Positions 56,057-64,000 of a stretch of 64,000 bases of DNA are shown in pieces. Source of the stretch: Antedon mediterranea (Eukaryota; Animalia; Echinodermata). Positions within the stretch are counted from its first letter, which is position 1, and every line of letters starts with the position of its first letter. Both the position numbers and the translations under genes were made by a program. The stretch lies in the NCBI RefSeq assembly GCF_964355755.1, contig NC_092677.1, positions 20,792,101 through 20,856,100 on the forward strand, read 5' to 3'. Under the pieces are notes generated by a model. The model searched no databases and was not told where the DNA came from. It was given only the letters and a program-made list of their open reading frames with translations.

Positions 56057-59000
56057 GCTTCAAATCGCATTTGGAGACGTTTTAGACCATTTTGTGCATT
56101 TCGATGAAACTTGGTTACACAAAAACATCAAAGTGTACAGAATAGCTTCAAATCGCATTAGAAACCGTTTTAGACCATTTTGAGCATTTCGAAAAAACTT
56201 TTTCACACCAAACATCAAAGTGTACAAAATAGCTTCAAATCGCATTTGAAGACGTTTTAGACAATTTTGTGATTTTCGAAAAAACTTGTTTACATAAAAA
56301 CACGAAAGTGCTAAGAATAGCTTCCAATCGCATTTGGAGACGTTTTAGACCCTTTTGTGCATTTCGATGAAACTTGGTTACACAAAAACATCAAAGTGCT
56401 TAAAATCACATTAGAAACCGTTTTAGACCATTTTGAGCATTTCGTTAAAATTTTTCACAGAAAAACATCAAAGAGCAAAAAATAGCTTAATATCGTATTT
56501 AAAAACGTTTTAGACCATTTTGAGCATTTCGACAAAACTTTTTCACACAAAATATCAAAGTGTACAGAATAGCTTCAAATCGCATTTTGAGACGTTTTAA
56601 CCCATTTTGAGCATTTCGATAAAATTTTACACACAAAAACATCAAAGTGCACAAAATAGCTTAATATGGTATTTAAAAACGTTTTAGACCATTTTGAGCA
56701 ATTCAACAAAACTTTTTCTCACAAAACATCAAAGTGTACAGAATAGCTTCAAATCGCATTTGGAGACGTTTTAGACCATTTTGTGCATTTCGATGAAACT
56801 TGGTTACACAAAAACATCAAAGTGCTTAAAATCACATTTTGAGCATTTCGTTAAAACTTTTCACACAAAAACATCAAAGTCCACAAAATAGCTTAATATC
56901 GTATTTAAAAACGTTTTAGACCATTTTGAGCATTTCGAAAAAACTTTTCCACACCAAACATCAAAGTTTACAAAATAGCTTCAAATCGCATTTGGAGACG
57001 TTTTAGACCATTTTGTGATTTTCGAAAAAACTTGTTAACATAAAAACACCAAAGTGCTCAGAATACCTTCAAATCGCATTTGGAGACGTTTTAGACCCTT
57101 TTGTGCATTTCGATGAAACTTGGTTACACAAAAACATCAAAGTGCTTAAAATCACATTAGAAACCGTTTTAGACCATTTTGAGCATTTCGTTAAAATTTG
57201 TCACAGAAAAACATCAAAGAGCAAAAAATATCTTAATATCGTATTTAAAAACGTTTTAGACCATTTTGAGCATTTCGACAAAACTTTTTCACACAAAACA
57301 TCAAAGTGTACAAAATAGCTTCAAATCGCATTTGGAGACGTTTTAACCCATTTTGAGCATTTCGATAAAATTTTACACACAAAAACATCAAAGTGCACAA
57401 AATAGCTTAATATGGTATTTAAAAACGTTTTAGACCATTTTGAGCATTTCAACAAAACTTTTTCTCACAAAACATCAAAGTGTACAGAATAGCTTCAAAT
57501 CGCATTTGGAGACGTTTTAGACTTTTTTGTGCATTTCGATGAAACTTGGTTACACAAAAACATCAAAGTGCTTAAAATCACATTTTGAGCATTTCGTTAA
57601 AACTTTTCACACAAAAACATCAAAGTCCACAAAATAGCTTAATATCGTATTTAAAAACGTTTTAGACCATTTTGAGCATTTCGAAAAAACTTTTCCACAC
57701 AAAACATCAAAGTTTACAAAATAGCTTCAAATCGCATTTGGAGACGTTTTAGACCATTTTGTGATTTTCGAAAAAACTTGATAACATAAAAACACCAAAG
57801 TGCTCAGAATACCTTCAAATCGTGTTTTGAGACGTTTTAGACCATTTTGTAATTTTCGAAAAAACTTGTTAACATAAAAACACCAAAGTGCTCAGAATAC
57901 CTTCACATCGCATTTTGAGACGTTTTAGACCATTTTGTGATTTTCGAAAAAACTTGTTAACATAAAAACACCAAAGTGCTTAGAAAAGCTTGAAATCGCA
58001 TTTGGAGACGTTTTAGACCATTTTGTGCATTTCGATGAAACTTGGTTACACAAAAACATCAAAGTGCTTAAAATCACATTTTGAGCATTTCGTTAAAACT
58101 TTTCACACAAAAACATCAAAGAGTAAAAAATAGCTTAATATCGTATTTAAAAACGTTTTAGACCATTTTGAGCATTTCGACAAAATTTTTTCACACAAAA
58201 CATCAAAGTGTACAGAATAGCTTTAAATCGCATTTGGAGACGTTTTAGACCATTTTGTTCATTTCGATGAAACAAAAACACAAAAACATCAAATTGCACA
58301 AAATGGCTTAATATGATATGGGAAAACGTTTTAGACCATTTTGAACATTTCGTTAAAAGTTTTCACACAAAAACATCAAAGTCCACAAAATAGCTTAATA
58401 TCGTATTTAAAAACGTTTTAGACCATTTTGAGCATTTCGAAAAAACTTTTTCACACAAAACATCAAAGTTTACAAAATAGCTTCAAATCGCATTTGGAGA
58501 CGTTATAGACCATTTTGTGATTTTCGAAAAAACTTGTTAACATAAAAACACCAAAGTGCTCAGAATACCTTCAAATCGCATTTTGAGACGTTTTAGACCA
58601 TTTTGTGATTTTCGAAAAAACTTGTTAACATAAAAACACCAAAGTGCTCAGAATCGTGTTTTGAGACGTTTTAGACCATTTTGTGATTTTCGAAAAAACT
58701 TGTTAACATAAAAACACCAAAGTGCTCAGAATACCTTCAAATCGTGTTTTGAGACGTTTTAGACCATTTTGTGATTTTGGAAAAACTTGTTAACATAAAA
58801 ACACCAAAGTGCTCAGAATACCTTCAAATCGCATTTGGAGACGTTTTAGACCATTTTGTGATTTTCGAAAAAACTTGTTAACATAAAAACACCAAAGTGC
58901 TCAGAAAAGCTTCAAATCGCAATTGGAGACGTTTTAAACCATTTTGTTCATTTCGATGAAACTTGGTTACACAAAAACATCAAATTGCACAAAATGGCTT

Positions 59001-61460
59001 AATATGGTATGGGAAAACGTTTTAGACCATTTTGAACATTTCGAGAAAACTTTTTCACACAAAACTTCAAAGTGTACAGAATAGCTTCAAATCGCATTAG
59101 AAACCGTTTTAGACCATTTTGAGCATTTCGAAAAAACTTTTTCACACAAAACATCAAAGTTTACAAAATAGCTTCAAATCGCATTTGGAGACGTTTTAGA
59201 CCATTTTGTGATTTTCGAAAAAACTTGTTAACATAAAAACACCAAAGTGCTCAGAATACCTTCAAATCGCATTTTGAGACGTTTTAGACCATTTTGTGAT
59301 TTTCGAAAAAACTTGTTAACATAAAAATACCAAAGTGCTCTGAATACCTTCAAATCGTGTTTTGAGACGTTTTAGACCATTTTGTGATTTTCGAAAAAAC
59401 TTGTTAACATAAAAACACCAAAGTGCTCAGAATACCTTCAAATCGCATTTGGAGACGTTTTAGACCATTTTGTGATTTTCGAAAAAACTTGTTAACATAA
59501 AAACACCAAAGTGCTCAGAAAAGCTTCAAATCGCAATTGGAGACGTTTTAAACCATTTTGTTCATTTCGATGAAACTTGGTTACACAAAAACATCAAATT
59601 GCACAAAATGGCTTAATATGGTATGGGAAAACGTTTTAGACCATTTTGAACAATTCGAGAAAACTTTTTCACACAAAACTTCAAAGTGTACAGAATAGCT
59701 TCAAATCGCATTAGAAACCGTTTTAGACCATTTTGAGCATTTCGAAAAAACTTTTTCACACAAAACATCAAAGTTTACAAAATAGCTTCAAATCGCATTT
59801 GGAGACGTTTTAGACCATTTTGTGATTTTCGAAAAAACTTGTTAACATAAAAACACCAAAGTGCTCAGAATACCTTCAAATCGCATTTTGAGACGTTTTA
59901 GACCATTTTGTGATTTTCGAAAAAACTTGTTAACATAAAAATACCAAAGTGCTCTGAATACCTTCAAATCGTTTTTTGAGACGTTTTAGACCATTTTGTG
60001 ATTTTCGAAAAAACTTGTTAACATAAAAACACCAAAGTGCTCAGAATACCTTCAAATCGCATTTGGAGACGTTTTAGACCATTTTGTGATTTTCGAAAAA
60101 ACTTGTTAACATAAAAACACCAAAGTGCTCAGAAAAGCTTCAAATCGCATTTGGAGACGTTTTAAACCATTTTGTTCATTTCGATGAAACTTGGTTACAC
60201 AAAAACATCAAAGAGCACAAAAGTATTTAAAAACGTTTTAGACCATTTTGAGCATTCCGACAAAACTTTTTCACACAAAACATCAAAGTGTACAGAATAG
60301 CTTTAAATCGCATTTGGAGACGTTTTAGACCATTTTGTAGTTTTCGAAAAAACTTGTTAACATAAAAACACAAAAGAGCTTCAAATCGCATTTGGAGACG
60401 TTTTAGACCCTTTTGTGCATTTCGATGAAACTTGGTTACACAAAAACATCAAAGTGCTTAAAATCACATTAGAAACCGTTTTAGACCATTTTGAGCATTT
60501 CGTTAAAACTTTTCACACAAAAACATCAAAGTCCCCAAAATAGCTTAATATCGTATTCAAAAACGTTTTAGACCATTTTGAGCATTTCGAAAAAACTTTT
60601 TCACACAAAACATCAAAGTTTACAAAATAGCTTCAAATCGCATTTGGAGACGTTTTAGACCATTTTGTGATTTTCGAAAAAACTTGTTAACATAAAAACA
60701 CCAAAGTGCTCAGAATACCTTCAAATCGCATTTTGAGACGTTTTAGACCATTTTGTGATTTTCGAAAAAACAACATAAAAACACCAAAGTGCTCAGAATA
60801 CCTTCAAATCGCATTTGGAGACGTTTTAGACCATTTTGTGATTTTGGAAAAAACTTGTTAACATAAAAACACCAAAGTGCTCAGAATACCTTCAAATCGT
60901 ATTTTGAGACGTTTTAGACAATTTTGTGATTTTCGAAAAAACTTGTTAACATAAAAACACCAAAGTGCTTAGAAAAGCTTCAAATCGCATTTGGAGACGT
61001 TTTAGACCATTTTGTGCATTTCGATGAAACTTGGTTACACAAAAACATCAAAGTGTACAGAATAGCTTCAAATCGCATTAGAAACCGTTTTAGACCATTT
61101 TGAGCATTTCGAAAAAACTTTTTCACACAAAACATCAAAGTGTACAAAATAGCTTCAAATCGCATTTGGAGACGTTTTAGACAATTTTGTGATTTTCGAA
61201 AAAACTTGTTTACATAAAAACACCAAAGTGCTAAGAATAGCTTCCAATCGCATTTGGAGACGTTTTAGACCCTTTTGTGCATTTCGATGAAACTTGGTTA
61301 CACAAAAACATCAAAGTGCTTAAAATCACATTAGAAACCGTTTTAGACCATTTTGAGCATTTCGTTAAAATTTTTCACAGAAAAACATCAAAGAGCAAAA
61401 AATAGCTTAATATCGTATTTAAAAACGTTTTAGACCATTTTGAGCATTTCGACAAAACTT
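56057..61460. repeat. Long-range copy of about 32660-34860 (offset 23397) and about 38340-43140 (offset 18321-18322)
   Basis: ORF-track pairs 32663/56060 and 33706/57103 (23397), 38782/57103 (18321) and 42658/60980 (18322). Variants GTTATAG at 40184/58505, the GGTATGGG pairs 40685/59006 and 41299/59620, GCTCTGAAT and GTCCCCAAAA. Confidence 0.85.
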
Positions 61461-64000
61461 TTTCACACAAAACATCAAAGTGTACAGAATAGCTTAATAT
61501 CGCATTTGGAGACGTTTTAACCCATTTTGAGCATTTCGATAAAATTTTACACACAAAAACATCAAAGTGCACAAAATAGCTTAATATGGTATTTAAAAAC
61601 GTTTTAGAACATTTTGAGCATTTCAACAAAACTTTTTCTCACAAAACATCAAAGTGTACAGAATAGCTTCAAATCGCATTTGGAGACGTTTTAGACCATT
61701 TTGTGCATTTCGATGAAACTTGGTTACACAAAAACATCAAAGTGCTTAAAATCACATTTTGAGCATTTCGTTAAAACTTTTCACACAAAAACATCAAAGA
61801 GTAAAAAATAGCTTAATATCGTATTTAAAAACGTTTTAGACCATTTGGAGCATTTCGACAAAATTTTTTCACACAAAACATCAAAGTGTACAGAATAGCT
61901 TTAAATCGCATTTGGAGACGTTTTAGACCATTTTGTTAATTTCGATGAAACAAAAACACAAAAACATCAAATTGCACAAAATGGCTTAATATGATATGGG
62001 AAAACGTTTTAGACCATTTTGAACATTTCGTTAAAAGTTTTCACACAAAAACATCAAAGTCCACAAAATAGCTTAATATCGTATTTAAAAACGTTTTAGA
62101 CCATTTTGAGCATTTCGAAAAAACTTTTTCACACTAAACATCAAAGTTTACAAAATAGCTTCAAATCGCATTTGGAGACGTTTTAGACCATTTTGTGATT
62201 TTCGAAAAAACTTGTTAACATAAAAACACCAAAGTGCTCAGAATACCTTCAAATCGCATTTTGAGACGTTTTAGACCATTTTGTGATTTTCGAAAAAACT
62301 TGTTAACATAAAAACACCAAAGTGCTCAGAATACCTTCAAATCGTGTTTTGAGACGTTTTAGACCATTTTGTGATTTTCGAAAAAACTTGTTAACATAAA
62401 AACACCAAAGTGCTCAGAATACCTTCAAATCGCATTTTGAGACGTTTTAGACCATTTTGTGATTTTCGAAAAAACTTGTTAACATAAAAACACCAAAGTG
62501 CTCAGAATACCTTCAAATCGTGTTTTGAGACGTTTTAGACCATTTTGTGATTTTCGAAAAAACTTGTTAACATAAAAACACCAAAGTGCTTAGAAAAGCT
62601 TCAAATCGCATTTGGATACGTTTTAGACCATTTTGTTCATTTCGATGAAACTTGGTTACACAAAAACATCAAAGAGCAAAAAAGATCTTAATATCGTATT
62701 TAAAAACGTTTTAGACCATTTTGAGCATTTCGAAAAAACTTTTTCACACAAAACATCAAAGTGTACAAAATAGCTTCAAATCGCATTTTGAGACGTTTTA
62801 GACAATTTTGTGATTTTCGAAAAAACTTGTTTACATAAAAACACCAAAGTACTTAGAAAAGCTTCAAATCGCATTTGGAGACGTTTTAAACCATTTTGTT
62901 CATTTCGATGAAACTTGGTTACACAAAAACATCAAAGAGCACAAAAGTATTTAAAAACGTTTTAGACCATTTTGAGCATTCCGTCAAAACTTTTTCACAC
63001 AAAACATCAAAGTGTACAGAATAGCTTTAAATCGCATTTGGAGACGTTTTAGACCATTTTGTAGTTTTCGAAAAAACTTGTTAACATAAAAACACAAAAG
63101 AGCTTCAAATCGCATTTGGAGACGTTTTAGACCCTTTTGTGCATTTCGATGAAACTTGGTTACACAAAAACATCAAAGTGCTTAAAATCACATTAGAAAC
63201 CGTTTTAGACCATTTTGAGCATTTCGTTAAAACTTTTCACACAAAAACATCAAAGTCCACAAAATAGCTTAATATCGTATTTAAAAACGTTTTAGACCAT
63301 TTTGAGCATTTCGAAAAAACTTTTCCACACAAAACATCAAAGTTTACAAAATAGCTTCAAATCGCATTTGGAGACGTTTTAGACCATTTTGTGATTTTCG
63401 AAAAAACTTGTTAACATAAAAACACCAAAGTGCTCAGAATACCTTCAAATCGTATTTTGAGACGTTTTAGACAATTTTGTGATTTTCGAAAAAACTTGTT
63501 AACATAAAAACACCAAAGTGCTTAGAAAAGCTTCAAATCGCATTTGGAGACGTTTTAGACCATTTTGTGCATTTCGATGAAACTTGGTTACACAAAAACA
63601 TCAAAGTGCTTAAAATCACATTTTGAGCATTTCGTTAAAACTTTTCACACAAAAACATCAAAGAGCAAAAAATAGCTTAATATCGTATTTAAAAACGTTT
63701 TAGACCATTTTGAGCATTTCGACAAAACTTTTTCACACAAAACATCAAAGTGTACAAAATAGCTTCAAATCGCATTTGGAGACGTTTTAGACAATTTTGT
63801 GATTTTCGAAAAAACTTGTTTACATAAAAACACCAAAGTGCTAAGAATAGCTTCCAATCGCATTTGGAGACGTTTTAGACCCTTTTGTGCATTTCGATGA
63901 AACTTGGTTACACAAAAACATCAAAGTGCTTAAAATCACATTAGAAACCGTTTTAGAACATTTTGAGCATTTCGTTAAAATTTTTCACAGAAAAACATCA

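Larger units (their letters stand above)
1..64000. repeat. Tandem satellite DNA array, 87-88 bp monomer, head-to-tail, single orientation, running off both window ends; probably (peri)centromeric
   Basis: The anchor CGTTTTA recurs at 33, 121, 209, 297, 385, 472, 560, 636, 723, 801, 879, 966 and 1053 (spacings 88, 88, 88, 88, 87, 88, 76, 87, 78, 78, 87, 87), and the same motifs continue to 64000 with no unique sequence. The array is seen directly; the centromeric location is inference only. Confidence 0.98.

Noticed and set aside
4932-61629. All 18 ORFs of 61-84 aa in the ORF track (MRFEAILYTLMF..., MHFDETWLHK..., MLKCSKCSK...)
   Set aside because: They lie wholly within satellite monomers, repeat internally with the roughly 29-aa period of an 87-bp unit, and appear or vanish with single satellite SNPs. 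They show no recognisable domain, and the CxxC-like pattern is incidental. I used them only as position markers.
1-64000. CRISPR-like array (conserved CGTTTTAGACCATTTTG box resembling GTTTTAGA-starting type II repeats, with variable intervening sequence)
   Set aside because: The intervening segments are homologous to each other and recur hundreds of times, so there are no unique spacers. There is no leader and no cas gene.
1-64000. Telomeric repeat, rDNA spacer, tRNA/5S array or transposon-derived terminal repeats
   Set aside because: There are no tandem TTAGG/TTAGGG/TTTAGGG motifs, no rRNA or tRNA-like sequence, no target-site duplications and no coding remnants.

Overview
The whole 64 kb window is one uninterrupted, single-orientation, AT-rich tandem satellite array. 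By hand count, one monomer is about 33% GC. It looks like eukaryotic centromeric or pericentromeric satellite DNA, but I cannot name the family or the organism. The basic monomer is 87-88 bp, for example GTGCTCAGAATACCTTCAAATCGCATTTGGAGACGTTTTAGACCATTTTGTGATTTTCGAAAAAACTTGTTAACATAAAAACACCAAA, in roughly 750 copies. It occurs as about four sub-types (A-D) plus fixed deletion variants of 78, 76, 58 and 83 bp. These follow a constrained order and are organised into nested, variable-length higher-order duplications (offsets 176 bp, 0.5-1 kb, 2836, 3283, 3480, 4504, 5183, 5591, 18321, 23397 and 53139 bp). I find no genes, RNA genes, transposons or CRISPR array, and all listed ORFs are chance read-throughs of the repeat. 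The most notable points are a hidden inverted-repeat and 10-bp-phased architecture in the monomer, indels clustering near multiples of 10 bp, a unique templated fold-back insertion at about 17.6 kb that resembles an end-joining repair scar, and a neighbour-monomer conversion patch at about 35.6 kb. Block boundaries were read by eye and are approximate; offsets were taken from shared rare variants.
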